Below, piece by piece: positions 24,253 to 35,411 of a stretch of DNA of 64,000 nucleotides (position 1 is its first letter; each line of letters opens with the position of its first letter). Below the pieces are notes generated by a model. It saw only the letters and a list, made by a program, of their open reading frames with translations. It ran no database searches and had not been told where the DNA came from. The stretch is from positions 1-64,000 of IMG/VR virus record IMGVR_UViG_3300045594_000145. One strand, given 5' to 3'. The DNA comes from a virus (lineage: Duplodnaviria; Caudoviricetes). Position numbers and translations under genes: made by a program.

Positions 24253-24585
24253 TTATAATTTGTCAAACAAGCAATTTCTATTATATTCTTCATGTGCGAT
24301 ATCATAAGCATAATATATTAAAGACCCGCAGCAAACTGAAGTAAGATCTCCAGACCTCCAATATCTTAAAATTACTCTAACAATAGCATCTCGTAAAGCG
24401 TTAATAGTGGAGGCATCATCAGAAAAATCCTTCCGTTTTTCCTCATTTATCTTTTTAATATCAATAAACAAAGTATTAGAGAGATCTACTCCTCTATCAT
24501 TATTATAGAGAGTCTCTCTATACTCTGATTCGATATAACGTCTTACTTCTTCATCATATTCCTCATCAATCATTTTTCTTACCAC
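24253..24585 (-). CDS. Hypothetical protein
   Basis: ORF overlapping gyrA end. Confidence 0.55.
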   Translation of the reverse strand: MVRKMIDEEYDEEVRRYIESEYRETLYNNDRGVDLSNTLFIDIKKINEEKRKDFSDDASTINALRDAIVRVILRYWRSGDLTSVCCGSLIYYAYDIAHEEYNRNCLFDKL

Positions 24586-26626
24586 CCTGGCCGTGTTTAC
24601 CCAAGTACCTTTGATCTATTCCCGCAATCGCGCTCTTTACAAATTGTCCATCATGTAATTTCATAGATTTTATACCCTTGGTTGCTTTTCCAATAGATGT
24701 AATATCATCAACCATATAACTCAAATGATAAGAATCTGTTGATTCTAGAGTTATCCCTTTAGGATTAACCAATACAGAAATAATAGAATCACCATCAGAT
24801 AACTTTGATAATGTGGTCTGTTTAGGGCTAGAGTATAGACTTAAGTCAGATTTTTTAATCATGCCGCACTTGGTCAGAGATACAACAAAACCTTCCTCTG
24901 TAGAAAGAGCATAATCCAAGATTTTTACATTTCTATCAATTTCGCATAAAGAATATAAATCTTGCGCCGTGTCTTTAACCTTTTCTGCTTTTAACTTATA
25001 GCAAATATTATTGTCACAGAAGATTGTGATATGGTCTGTTGAATGGCACTGTATTTCTTTAATAGGAGATAATCTTGTGTTCTGTATTGTCTTCACAATC
25101 CCACCATCAAAGAACCCAATAATCATTGGCGTAGACTCTTTTTCTTTTTTGGCTTTCGATGTAAGATTCTCGGCTACCTCGTTTATTTTTGTTCTACGAG
25201 GATCAGACAATTTTCTTAATTCTACCACATCATTACGAATTAATAAATCTCTATACTCTTCATCTTCAAGAATTTTGACACAATCATCAATAATTCTTTT
25301 ATTCTCTTCTAGGTCAGCATTAATCTCGCCAACATCTAGTTTTGTTAATCTAGCTAACTTTAAATCTAATACCGCATTAGCCTGCTCCTCATTGATTTTA
25401 AAGAAATTTATCAACTTTGTTCTTGCTTCTGCTCTGTTGGACGATTCCTTTATTAATTTAACTGTATTATCAATATCGCCAAGAATTTTTAACAACCCCT
25501 CAAGAATATTAACCTTCTTCTCTGCCTTCTCTTCGTCAAAGGCCGCGACCCGCATCTTAATATCTCTTTGATGGTCTACATATATCTTAATTAAGTCATA
25601 CATAGAACACATTTTTGGAGTGCCATGATATACAAAATTATTATTATAACTTACAGAACTTTGTAAGTCTGTATATTGAAATAGAAAATCAAGGGCATCT
25701 TCTGGAGAAACACCATTTTTGACATTAAAGATAAGTTTTGTGTTTCCTATTTGGCTATAATCATTAAAATCATCAAAGTATTTTTCGACATCTTCAATCT
25801 TTTTATTCAATTGTTTTCTTATATCTGCGCGGTATGCTCTATAAGGAATAGAGGAGAAAATAATTTTGTTCCCCTCAATCGTATAGTCTCCGCGGATCTT
25901 TATTGAAAAATAACTTTTCCCACTTTCAAAAGCACTTCTGATAACACTTTTGTTAATGATGGTTCCGCCAGTTGGAAAATCCGGGCCAGGCATGATATTA
26001 ATGATATCATCTACTGATAAGATGCCTTTTTTATCAAGATATTCGATAATAACATCGCATACTTCTCCCAAGTTATGTGGCAGTGTACTAGAAGACATTG
26101 AAACACCGATGCCATAGTGTCCATTAACTAAAGCATTTGGGATTAAACTTGGAAGAACAACCGGCTCATAACTTTCATTCGTGTACGTTAATTTCATAGG
26201 GACAGCATTTTTATCACTATCCTTAATCATCAAAGGTACAAATACTGAAGGTCTAGCTTCTGTATAACGCGCAGAAGCATATAAGTCAGAAGATTCTTGA
26301 GTTCCCATACTTCCATGAGGATCAATAAGAGGATATCTCATTACAAATGGTAGCGATAAATTTCTTAAAACATCATATAATGAGGCATCGCCATGGACAT
26401 ATGATTCTGCCATTGTGGAACCAACTAAACTGCTACTCTTTTTATAAGAGTCAGTTGGCTTCATTTTTATGACTTTTGACATTGTCCATAGTAATTCTCT
26501 CTGCGCGACAATTAGACCATCTTCTGCATCTGGCAAAGCTCTATTCTGAAGGACTTCTTGAGCATATTCTAGGAACCATTGCTCATTTGCATCATTAATA
26601 TTAAAATTAACAATTTTTTCTTCCAT
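24566..26626 (-). CDS. gyrA: Type IIA topoisomerase A subunit (GyrA/ParC)
   Basis: RALPDAEDGL, HGDAS, SARYTEAR catalytic Tyr, GPDFPTGG. Confidence 0.93.
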   Translation of the reverse strand: MEEKIVNFNINDANEQWFLEYAQEVLQNRALPDAEDGLIVAQRELLWTMSKVIKMKPTDSYKKSSSLVGSTMAESYVHGDASLYDVLRNLSLPFVMRYPLIDPHGSMGTQESSDLYASARYTEARPSVFVPLMIKDSDKNAVPMKLTYTNESYEPVVLPSLIPNALVNGHYGIGVSMSSSTLPHNLGEVCDVIIEYLDKKGILSVDDIINIMPGPDFPTGGTIINKSVIRSAFESGKSYFSIKIRGDYTIEGNKIIFSSIPYRAYRADIRKQLNKKIEDVEKYFDDFNDYSQIGNTKLIFNVKNGVSPEDALDFLFQYTDLQSSVSYNNNFVYHGTPKMCSMYDLIKIYVDHQRDIKMRVAAFDEEKAEKKVNILEGLLKILGDIDNTVKLIKESSNRAEARTKLINFFKINEEQANAVLDLKLARLTKLDVGEINADLEENKRIIDDCVKILEDEEYRDLLIRNDVVELRKLSDPRRTKINEVAENLTSKAKKEKESTPMIIGFFDGGIVKTIQNTRLSPIKEIQCHSTDHITIFCDNNICYKLKAEKVKDTAQDLYSLCEIDRNVKILDYALSTEEGFVVSLTKCGMIKKSDLSLYSSPKQTTLSKLSDGDSIISVLVNPKGITLESTDSYHLSYMVDDITSIGKATKGIKSMKLHDGQFVKSAIAGIDQRYLGKHGQGGKKND

Positions 26627-29600
26627 TACATTTCCTCCATAAAGTTAGCTTTTTCGTATAAGAAATCTTTTCTTGCTTCAACATTTTTACCCATAAGTTG
26701 CTCAAAGAGCGCAGAAGTATCTTCTTCATCAACTACAACAATTTTTTCATAGTTGTGAACATCAAAACAAAATTCTTTTAATTCTTTAGGATTATTTTCA
26801 CCAAGACCTTTTGCGTGAGTCAATTCAATTTTGCTTGCATCCTTGTCTTTTCTGAAGGTAGCCAATTCATCTTCATTGTATAAGAAGTATCTTTTCCCTC
26901 TATATGTTGCAGTATATAATGGAGTAAGAACTCTATAAACTTTGCCTTCTAAAAGTAAAGGTCTCATATATGTCCAGAAGAATGTCAATAATAGTTGTGC
27001 GATGGCTGAACCATCTGGATCCAGTTATTCCGCTATTTCTAGCGGCCCTGACTATATCTTACTCGCATTTGCGAGGACACCATTTCAAACTGCGTACCAA
27101 TAGCAGTCTTACTCTCCCGATTCGGAGATAGTCGATACAGGTTCATCTTATAGATGTTTCCCACGGTATTACCTTCATCTTTCTTGTCAGGTTTCACCGT
27201 TAGCAGATTTCTCTACCCGATTGGTTAATCGTAAAGTGTTACACAGTCAATCTTACTTAGCATCTGTTGCAATTAATATCTTATCAAATTTACATTTATT
27301 AATATCAAAAGTATTACCAAAACCTGCGCCGATACTTTCAATTAAGTCATGATATTCTTGATTTGCCAATACTCTGTCAACAGGTGATTTTAAAGCATTA
27401 ATAACCTTACCTCTTAACATCATGATGGCTTGAGTTTTAGGGTTTCTTGCTTCGACGCAAGCACTTCCTGCACTTAACGTAAATTCCACTATCTCTAGTG
27501 GTACAGACTATTTCTTAGACTCAGATTTGTCAAATCTTCATCGTCTCTCACTGTTTCCACTTTCGTATCAATAGAAAGTGTACTCTCCTACAAAGGAGAT
27601 AGTCGTTACAGCTTTAAAAATCTCTATTTAAATTTTTATTTGCCACGAGATTTCCTTCAACTTAATGCGCTTTGACCTGCACAAATACTTGGTAAGGATG
27701 CCTCGTTAGCCTATCTTTTGATAGACCCCCGTGATTGCGGGTAAAATGAGTAAGGGCCTAAGTTACTTTGTACCCTCTACTACCATTAATTCTCTTTCAT
27801 TTGGGTTTTTGCTTGAGCAATCAATGAATTTATCTGACATTGCGAGTTTTTCTTTTAAACTCTTTTTGGTAGTATCTTTTGGCTTTAATATTTTATCTTT
27901 AGCTTTCTTTGCGGCTTCTTTTGCTTTTTTAGCTAAAGTTGCTTTATCAAAGATTTTCTTAATTTCAATCTCATTTAATTCTAGCCAATCTTGTAATGAG
28001 TCAGATAGAGCAGCATTTAGAGGAGTCATATTAATCTGCGTGACTCTACTCTTTACTTGCGCATCGTATTTGACATCTGGGGCAGTAATATTGAACAAAA
28101 TATAAATTCCGTCTTGCACTTCATCACCGCTCAAATTACTATCTTTATTTTTTAACCATCCGCGAGATTTGAAGAACTTATTCATTTCTCTCGTAACAGT
28201 GGTCTTTATCTGTGTTATATGCGGCCCGCTATCCGTGACTCCGGTATTGACGTATGGCACAATAGTAGCAGAATTGGAATCAGTATATGTTAACACTAAG
28301 TCTAATTTATATTTATCTTGACTATATCTAACATTTAGTCTATTCCTTATAATTTCCTTATTCTTGGTTGCTTCATCAACAAGGTCATTCAGTCCATTTG
28401 TTGAATTAAATTTTTCTATCTTCCCATTAGCAGTTAAATTAATTGTCAACCCTGGACACAGACAAGCGACCGTCTTAAATAGTGTTCTTACCTTAGTTAA
28501 TTCAACTTCAGCATTTGTAAAGAACTGTTCAGATGGTTTCCATCTAACAAAAGTTCCATGTTCTTTAGATGTACCTAGGGTTCTTTTATCAAAGACACCC
28601 TCTTTAAAATCAATAGTTTCAGATTTGCCGTCTCTATAAGTTTCAACGTGTAACCAATGGGATAGAAAAGTTGTAATTTTACTCGGTTATTCTTATATTT
28701 CTATAAGCCCTGACTATATCTTACTTACTATATACATAGTAAGAATACCCATTTCGAAGTGCGTATCAATAGCACCCCTACTCCTCCGATTCGAGGATAG
28801 TCGATACAGCTTTATTGATTATCTTATAGGATAATTTTCATTATCTTGTCTATATATTGTGCCACAATTAATTGAACTAATTGTTTTAGAAGATATATTT
28901 AATCTTCTTCCAATACTTGCTAGACTTTCTTTAGGATTATTTTTTATTTCTGAAATAATTTGAAAAACTTGTTCATTGCTTAATTTTCTTTTTCCTGTTT
29001 TACTTTCTCTCAATGGATAAGTAAGATTAGAATTTATATAAGTTTTTCCTTGGTTTATATTCTGAATTGTGCTTGCATACACACTATATTTATCAGCAAT
29101 TTTTTTCATTGATAATTCAGGATGAAATTGAAGTAATATCAAAATATCTTCAATATCTTGTTGTGAAAATTTTGAATTTCCACTATTAATACCTGCAACC
29201 TTAGGCTTAGTTTTTCTAATTGGATAATCAACAGTAGAATGAAAATATGTATGTCCATTATTCAATTTTGAAAGAGATGATAAATGCATTTCATATTTAT
29301 CTGCTATTTCTTGTAAGCTTAGTTTATTATCAATTAAATCTTTATAAACTTGCTGATACTGTTCTTCAGTTAATTTAGCTTGGCTATTATTACTTCCAAT
29401 ATCAGCGCCATCTCCACCTTCAGAAATATTATATCCAAATTCCTTTTTATTACTATTAAAAGCGGAAATCCAAAATTTTTCTCTTTCTCTCATAAGTTCT
29501 CTGTCATTTGGATTTATTTCTTCTAATATAATAAATTCAGTTATTTTTCCATATTTTTGAATAGCTTTTTCTATTGGAAGATTATTTCTAAAATCTGAAT

Positions 29601-30272
29601 TATGCTCCAACATTCTACGATATATATTATTACTTATTCCAATATAAATTTTATTATTTGGAAAAATAATTTTATATACACCAGAATATACATTATTAAC
29701 TGAACAATTTTGCATTTTTATACTTTTCATATAAAATACCGACCTTTCTATCTTGATATTTAATATGAAAATAATCCTAATAAGATTAATCAAACTTGCC
29801 ACGGGATTCCCTTATGTTTCCACTTAGGGTTCCCCGTTAGCACATACACCATTTGTTTGGTGTGTATGTACCCCAGTGATTACTGGAAAAGGTATAACAG
29901 GCAGTTTAATCTACCAATACCAAATGAACCTAAAGATGTCCCCTCATAAGAACCGTCATCCCTATATTTACCAGAAGTGTTTAACACACTAAAAGCTGCT
30001 TCAAGAATAGTTTTCCCATCTTCTTCTCTAATAGAATTAACTAAAAAACCTTGACCCTCATCTTGAACTGAAACAACATCTCCATCTACCCTAACATCAA
30101 TTTCTGAGCCATGCCCAACTCTGAATTCATCAACCGCATTCGAGAAAATTTCTACGAGCAGTTGAGTTGAATATTCAGTTGATCCCGCATAAACCTGCGG
30201 ACGCAATCTACAGAATTCTAATGGAGATAAAGATTCAATACTTTTTTCATTGTATAAGTTTTTATCTGTCAT
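26626..30272 (-). CDS. gyrB: Type IIA topoisomerase B subunit, 4 exons (30272-29913, 28683-27772, 27477-27259, 27021-26626; ~628 aa)
   Basis: EIFSNAVDE, DEGQG; splicing restores GSFGIG|SKITT, VVEG|LSAG, ATDA|DPDG in frame; LRGK, KGLGE. Confidence 0.92.
27022..27258 (-). mobile_element. Group I intron 3 in gyrB (237 nt)
   Basis: GTATCGACTATC / AAGATATAGTCAG core; terminal G before GAT CCA GAT; P1 less clear. Confidence 0.85.
27478..27771 (-). mobile_element. Group I intron 2 in gyrB (294 nt)
   Basis: P1 GAGGGU/GCCCUU; GTAACGACTATC / AAGAAATAGTCTG core; terminal G. Confidence 0.88.
28684..29912 (-). mobile_element. Group I intron 1 in gyrB (1229 nt) with homing endonuclease ORF
   Basis: P1 GGUAG/CUGCC; core GTATCGACTATCC and AAGATATAGTCAG 3' of the ORF; terminal G before AGT AAA. 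Confidence 0.9.
28819..29730 (-). CDS. Intron-encoded GIY-YIG homing endonuclease
   Basis: GVYKI..IYIG, RRMLEH, REKFWI, GYN; three tandem C-terminal HTH-like repeats ending YPIR/YPLR. Confidence 0.9.
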   Translation of the reverse strand: MKSIKMQNCSVNNVYSGVYKIIFPNNKIYIGISNNIYRRMLEHNSDFRNNLPIEKAIQKYGKITEFIILEEINPNDRELMREREKFWISAFNSNKKEFGYNISEGGDGADIGSNNSQAKLTEEQYQQVYKDLIDNKLSLQEIADKYEMHLSSLSKLNNGHTYFHSTVDYPIRKTKPKVAGINSGNSKFSQQDIEDILILLQFHPELSMKKIADKYSVYASTIQNINQGKTYINSNLTYPLRESKTGKRKLSNEQVFQIISEIKNNPKESLASIGRRLNISSKTISSINCGTIYRQDNENYPIR

Positions 30273-30319
30273 AATATTCCTTTCTCTTTATATTATAATA
30301 TCTTATTTTTTATCTTTTG

Positions 30320-30847
30320 TCAAAATACATTGTTTTCACTTGGAGAAAATATCATTGGATCCCCAGAGTCATATTTCTTTCTTAAAGTTTCAGCAGTTTT
30401 CTGCGCGGCTTCATCGACAATATTATTCCCATCAACAACGCTATGTCCTTTTACCCATCTAAAATTCAGATATTCTGGAACAAATTTAGTGTAATAATAA
30501 TATATCTCTTTAATTAACTCAAGATTAATAATTTCCTTATCACCTTGACGTTTCCACCCATTTTGCTCCCATTTCTTTGACCATTCTAAAGCACAGTTCA
30601 AAGCATATTTTGAGTCGGAGTTAATAAAAATCTTCTCATTCGGGTGCGCTTGGTGATATTGTTCTGCTTTATTACATCCTTTTAAAAGTGCCATTAACTC
30701 CATTCGTTGATTAGTAGCATTTCCGACCTCACCGCCGCAAATAATCGGATCTTCCGTTCCCGGCATATATACTGCCCATCCACCAATATATGTTCCATCT
30801 TTTGCGATCTTACTACTTCCATCAGTATAAAATTCTATCATAGGCAT
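30320..30847 (-). CDS. rnhA: Ribonuclease HI
   Basis: YTDGS, TNQRMEL, SDSKY, WVKGH, GNNIVD. Confidence 0.93.
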   Translation of the reverse strand: MPMIEFYTDGSSKIAKDGTYIGGWAVYMPGTEDPIICGGEVGNATNQRMELMALLKGCNKAEQYHQAHPNEKIFINSDSKYALNCALEWSKKWEQNGWKRQGDKEIINLELIKEIYYYYTKFVPEYLNFRWVKGHSVVDGNNIVDEAAQKTAETLRKKYDSGDPMIFSPSENNVF

Positions 30848-30894
30848 ATTTTCCTTTATATAATAATTATATCATAAAAAAAGAGATTTGTCAA

Positions 30895-31353
30895 TTAAAC
30901 CTCTTTTTTGACTCTCTTAAAGAAATCATTTACCTTCTTAGTAACAATTTCATCTGTATCAAGTCTTGTAATTTTATGACTACAGACAGAAACCCATGGA
31001 ACTCTTTTAATCGAACACCCCATTGGCAACTCTGTTAAATCAGATGTACATGGAAGATACCATCCAAATCTTTTATCTATTTTACAAATTCCAGATAATT
31101 TTTTCTCGTCACCACGCACCACGTATATATAACCTTTTGGTTTGAAGCCTAACTCTTTATATTCATCATAGAATACATGAGTTACCCTATTAAAGTCAAT
31201 AGAAGATTTTTCTTCTTTTGCTTCATAGGCCCTTACTTCTTTTTCTTTACCACTTTTTAAAATTACTTTGATATAATGTTTTCCATTTTTCTCAAATACA
31301 TCCCCAACAGTGGCAAGATTTACATAACTTGGCGCAACATAATAATCTTCCAT
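30895..31353 (-). CDS. Hypothetical protein
   Basis: ORF with RBS and own promoter. Confidence 0.65.
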   Translation of the reverse strand: MEDYYVAPSYVNLATVGDVFEKNGKHYIKVILKSGKEKEVRAYEAKEEKSSIDFNRVTHVFYDEYKELGFKPKGYIYVVRGDEKKLSGICKIDKRFGWYLPCTSDLTELPMGCSIKRVPWVSVCSHKITRLDTDEIVTKKVNDFFKRVKKEV

Positions 31354-31407
31354 ATAAATCTCCTTTTCTATATTATAATAATATCATAATATAGAAAAGT
31401 TGTCAAT

Positions 31408-32676
31408 TTACATCTCAAGTGCCTTCTTCGCAATCCCGCTGCGATAAATATTCTTTAACTCTACCTGCGCATAGTCTGGATATCCTCTAAAAATTTCAGA
31501 GACTCTTCTCATACCATTGCAACCACCGGCATATACATAATTATCTACCTGAGTTGTATAGTCACCTTCTACTATTAACTGACAATCCTCACCAATTCTT
31601 TGGATAGCTAACTGTAATAAATACCTGTCTAAATTCTGCGCTTCTGTTATTAACACAACTGCATTCATGCCCGTTGTATCATATCCACGAAGATCCGCGA
31701 AAGTTAATAATTCTAACTTTTTCGCTCCAATTAGCTTCTCTACATTATCTCTACCGCCAAGTTTAGCAGCTAAGATATTACCAATAGAAGAGTCTAGCAA
31801 TTTTTCATTTTTATCGCCCTTTAAGAATCCAATCTCAGCGGCATTCATTGCGGCAACTGGATTTGCAAAGACAATTAACTTACTTTTTGTTCCATGTTCG
31901 ATTTCATACATCGCGTGAGATAAAGCTAATAAAGTTTTTGCAGTTCCAGCTTTCCCAGTTAGCATTACGAATTGATTATGTGCAAGGGCATCTGCGGCCA
32001 TCTTTTGATAAATATCTTTTGGTTGTACTTCAACCATATATTTACTATCATAAGGATGGTAAGACAGTTGACTATATTTGTTGCTTCTCCAACATCTTAC
32101 AACATCTTTCCCACAATCTGCTCCCTTTAAGATGATATACTCATTATTGAGAAGATTCTGAGTGTTTACATCTGGTTGAGAAAATAAATCATTGGCTTCC
32201 TCGTCCGTTAAAGTCTTTTCTGTATATCCTAGATAACTTCTTCGATCAATTACTTTTGCTCTTTCGACCTTGATAGATGTTTTATTGGCGATATTAGCTA
32301 ATGATAAATCATTAGTAACTAAAGTTTCTATATCATTATCATATAGGGCGCACAATAAAATTTTGATATCATTTGTTATCTCATAATCGGCGAACTCTTG
32401 AGAAAAGTATGCATCCATAATATCATTATAGTTTACTACATCATAGCTTTTAGAATTATTCCATAAGTCTCGAACCACTCTGCGCGCAGCATATTTTGTT
32501 GCTTCGTCTTTATTATGACTTGTTTTAATATTCTCTAATTCACTTAAAGTGATAGAGCTAATTTTAAAATGTTCTTTTGGCAATTCATCCAAAATCAACA
32601 AACTCGAAGTATCATATAGCTTAATAGTAAATCCCTCCTGTTGTTTTGGTAATACGAGAACGAGATTCTTATGCAA
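31408..32676 (-). CDS. phoH: PIN-domain PhoH-like ATPase
   Basis: YDTSSL/ELE/VTND PIN residues; GKAGTAKT, LRG, EAQN, RIGE, GDYTTQ, YRS; true start may be ~32625. Confidence 0.85.
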   Translation of the reverse strand: MHKNLVLVLPKQQEGFTIKLYDTSSLLILDELPKEHFKISSITLSELENIKTSHNKDEATKYAARRVVRDLWNNSKSYDVVNYNDIMDAYFSQEFADYEITNDIKILLCALYDNDIETLVTNDLSLANIANKTSIKVERAKVIDRRSYLGYTEKTLTDEEANDLFSQPDVNTQNLLNNEYIILKGADCGKDVVRCWRSNKYSQLSYHPYDSKYMVEVQPKDIYQKMAADALAHNQFVMLTGKAGTAKTLLALSHAMYEIEHGTKSKLIVFANPVAAMNAAEIGFLKGDKNEKLLDSSIGNILAAKLGGRDNVEKLIGAKKLELLTFADLRGYDTTGMNAVVLITEAQNLDRYLLQLAIQRIGEDCQLIVEGDYTTQVDNYVYAGGCNGMRRVSEIFRGYPDYAQVELKNIYRSGIAKKALEM

Positions 32677-33277
32677 GAATCTCGTCTACCATACCATATT
32701 TTTTCATATCCTCAGCAGTAAAGTACCAGTCTTCTCTCCAGTGCTTTTCATAATCTTCTGCCGATAAACTAGAGTTATTTAAGACAAAATTCTTTGTCAT
32801 TTCATCTAGTCGATCATTAAAATTTACTAAATCTCTTACTTTATCAGTATTTCCATCGACGGTCATGTTTCCAGCATGGAGCAATCCGATAGAGCGATTA
32901 TAACAAACTCTCTTCACATTAGGGTTGTTTTTACCCGCAATAAATAATAAGAACCCTGCACTTAAGGCATAGCCCATATTAACTATTACCAATGGTTTCT
33001 TATAACTCTCGATAATGTTTGTAATGAAGAATGAATCAAACGCACTTCCACCATTTGAGTTAATATAAAAATATACTGGTTCATTAGAAGCGTCTTTTTC
33101 AAATTCCATAATAGGAACTACGACACTCTCAATAATTGAGCCATTAATTTCATCATTTAACAGAATTTTTCTCTGCTTTAACATTGAAATATATGCTGCT
33201 TTTTCAACGGTGTTACCTTTTAGGACATCAAGAAGTTCTTCGACATCACCTACTGCATTATCTACTTGTAAAGACAT
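32669..33277 (-). CDS. clpP: ClpP-like protease
   Basis: INSNGGS, ALSAG (Ser), LLH (His), DWYFTAE..YGMVD. Confidence 0.85.
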   Translation of the reverse strand: MSLQVDNAVGDVEELLDVLKGNTVEKAAYISMLKQRKILLNDEINGSIIESVVVPIMEFEKDASNEPVYFYINSNGGSAFDSFFITNIIESYKKPLVIVNMGYALSAGFLLFIAGKNNPNVKRVCYNRSIGLLHAGNMTVDGNTDKVRDLVNFNDRLDEMTKNFVLNNSSLSAEDYEKHWREDWYFTAEDMKKYGMVDEILA

Positions 33278-33678
33278 TAGTTACTCTCACTTTCTTCGGT
33301 TAGTTTGTTCGGGTCATTAATCACTAAATCGTGATAAAGTTCATTAGCTTTTTCAGAAATGTCATTATTTTTCTGCATTTGCTTAGCAATACCTCTCATG
33401 GCTTCTTCAAAATAACTGTGTTCTCTTGCCAATCTTGCTTCATAAATTTTTGCATTGTAACTGTAAAGTTTATCTAATGCTCTAGCATAAGCCAACTTCT
33501 TGCCGAAATTAACATCGTACTTGTCTCCGGCCTCACGATTGAGTTTAGCAACTCCAACAAACTTCTTATTGTTTGGATAAGTATAAATAATAGCCTTGGT
33601 AATTGTTGGTATCCCTACATAAATATAAGCCACATTTTTTTCTCTACAAACACTTTCATAAGCAATTTCGTTTTTCAT
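33277..33678 (-). CDS. Hypothetical phage protein
   Basis: GVAK..DKYDVNFGKKLAYARA, a common phage motif. Confidence 0.65.
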   Translation of the reverse strand: MKNEIAYESVCREKNVAYIYVGIPTITKAIIYTYPNNKKFVGVAKLNREAGDKYDVNFGKKLAYARALDKLYSYNAKIYEARLAREHSYFEEAMRGIAKQMQKNNDISEKANELYHDLVINDPNKLTEESESN

Positions 33679-33718
33679 TTTATAATATTTCCTTTCTTTA
33701 TAAATATTATATCATATT

Positions 33719-34435
33719 TTAATGTGTTTTCAAAGGAATTTTATTAAAAGTCTCAAGAATTCTTTTACATTTCACACATCCAATACAATCTTGTTCACAT
33801 TGAGATCTTAATTGATCAAATTCTTCTGGCAGCAGCCCAATTCCAACTTGATCTTTGTGCGGAACCCCGCAAATAATGTCATCTTCCTCATTGCTGGCAC
33901 ATATCCCGCTCTGATATCTTCTAATGGCATTACTAATATTATTTACATAATTTATATTCCAATTAGAAATAAGATTATCGTAAATTTTGATTCCTTCTGG
34001 TCTAATCCAGAACTGTCCATTCTTTCCATTATTTGGAGTTGAAAAGAAAATAATATCTTTGTCAATATTTTTGTTTAATAATCTCCAATTTGATAATAAT
34101 TCTTGCCCGATGGTAATGATTTTATATCCTCTATTAATGGCGTGATCAATTTGAGATTCAGAATGGCACACTTTTGGGTACATTGTATTTGGATATACAA
34201 GTTCTTCATTCTCATCATTATAAAAATATATTTTTAGTTTATCAAAAGTTTCTGCGTATTTTGCAAATTTTTTAGGTATAACTAAAACAATATCACCAAC
34301 AATGGGGTCTTTAGTATATTTAGCAATACGCTCTAAAAAGGCAGTTTCTTTTTCTTGAGGGTCTTTTGTCATAAATAACCCTATTGGTAGTACATTACTA
34401 ACTTCTTTAAAGTATTCTTCTTCAATATATAACAT
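33719..34435 (-). CDS. Hypothetical protein, C-terminal Cys cluster
   Basis: CEQDCIGCVKC. Confidence 0.6.
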   Translation of the reverse strand: MLYIEEEYFKEVSNVLPIGLFMTKDPQEKETAFLERIAKYTKDPIVGDIVLVIPKKFAKYAETFDKLKIYFYNDENEELVYPNTMYPKVCHSESQIDHAINRGYKIITIGQELLSNWRLLNKNIDKDIIFFSTPNNGKNGQFWIRPEGIKIYDNLISNWNINYVNNISNAIRRYQSGICASNEEDDIICGVPHKDQVGIGLLPEEFDQLRSQCEQDCIGCVKCKRILETFNKIPLKTH

Positions 34436-34438
34436 ATA

Positions 34439-35113
34439 TTAACCTTGCGCCCATCGCCAACATTGACGATTAGGTTTACTCTCTAAAGTTATATTATACT
34501 TATTTTCATAATTTTGACACTCTAAAAAGATTACTGCTTCAATTCTACTATCCTCAAGTGCGGTATGATCTTCTGCATAATCTGGATTGCCTGTGAGAAA
34601 GGCATATACTGACTCCGCATTAGTTAATCTATTTCCTGCGGGACTTAATCTTCCAGTTTCTGTACAAAAGACTGAGTATGCTTCTTTATTTCTTTTTAAC
34701 ATGTCACAAGCCATTGCATAAATATCTTTAATCTCATATTTACTAAGATCTATATACATGTGCATATAATCACAAGTATCCAACAATGACTGCTGGTCAA
34801 AAGAAATATTATAAGCAAGAACGGTGTTTACATTGTATTTTTGTAATAGATTTTTTATATTTTTAATTGCATCTGAGAAGGTAACTTCTGTAATATCTTG
34901 AAATTTATCAAGACGATCCTTAAAATAAAAATTATCCATAATCTCTTCGTTTTCCCAAATTTCTCCAATAAGGTAATCGAATTCTTCAATAATTTCTTGC
35001 CGTTCTACGTCAATAATAACTCCACCGATATTCAGAATCATATTTCCGTTTATAGAAAAACAATCTGAATGGTTTATATTTGAGGTTTCTGTATCAAACA
35101 CTAATACATTCAT
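34439..35113 (-). CDS. DEDDh 3'-5' exonuclease
   Basis: FDTET, AYNISFD, HTALEDS. Confidence 0.88.
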   Translation of the reverse strand: MNVLVFDTETSNINHSDCFSINGNMILNIGGVIIDVERQEIIEEFDYLIGEIWENEEIMDNFYFKDRLDKFQDITEVTFSDAIKNIKNLLQKYNVNTVLAYNISFDQQSLLDTCDYMHMYIDLSKYEIKDIYAMACDMLKRNKEAYSVFCTETGRLSPAGNRLTNAESVYAFLTGNPDYAEDHTALEDSRIEAVIFLECQNYENKYNITLESKPNRQCWRWAQG

Positions 35114-35115
35114 TC

Positions 35116-35307
35116 TTAGTTGTCCTGGTGATATTTCTCACTAGTCCAAGTCTTTAAAAGCTCTTCTAATTCTTCATTTATTTCATATACATAACAAGTA
35201 ACTTTTGTCTTGCTATGAATGAATTTTCTAATATACTCCTGCCCATTATCTTCAAGATACTTGTGAAGTGGTCTTGAGTAACATTCATAAACTTTCTTAT
35301 CCATCAT
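35116..35307 (-). CDS. Small hypothetical protein
   Basis: ORF with RBS and promoter at 35333-35360. Confidence 0.6.
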   Translation of the reverse strand: MMDKKVYECYSRPLHKYLEDNGQEYIRKFIHSKTKVTCYVYEINEELEELLKTWTSEKYHQDN

Positions 35308-35332
35308 GCGATACCTTCTTTCCTTAATAAAA

Positions 35333-35401
35333 TTATATCATTTTTTTTCAATTTTGTCAAGAGTAAAATGACTTGATTTTATTAAAAAAATAGTGTATAA
35401 T
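35333..35401. promoter_or_regulatory. Divergent sigmaA-type promoters
   Basis: Minus TTGACA..TGATATAAT and plus TTGATT..TGTATAAT. Confidence 0.65.
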
Positions 35402-35411
35402 ATATATATAG

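Noticed and set aside
9613-30272. dnaE and gyrB as pseudogenes or intein-split genes
   Set aside because: Group I cores and exact in-frame junctions explain the breaks; no intein motifs
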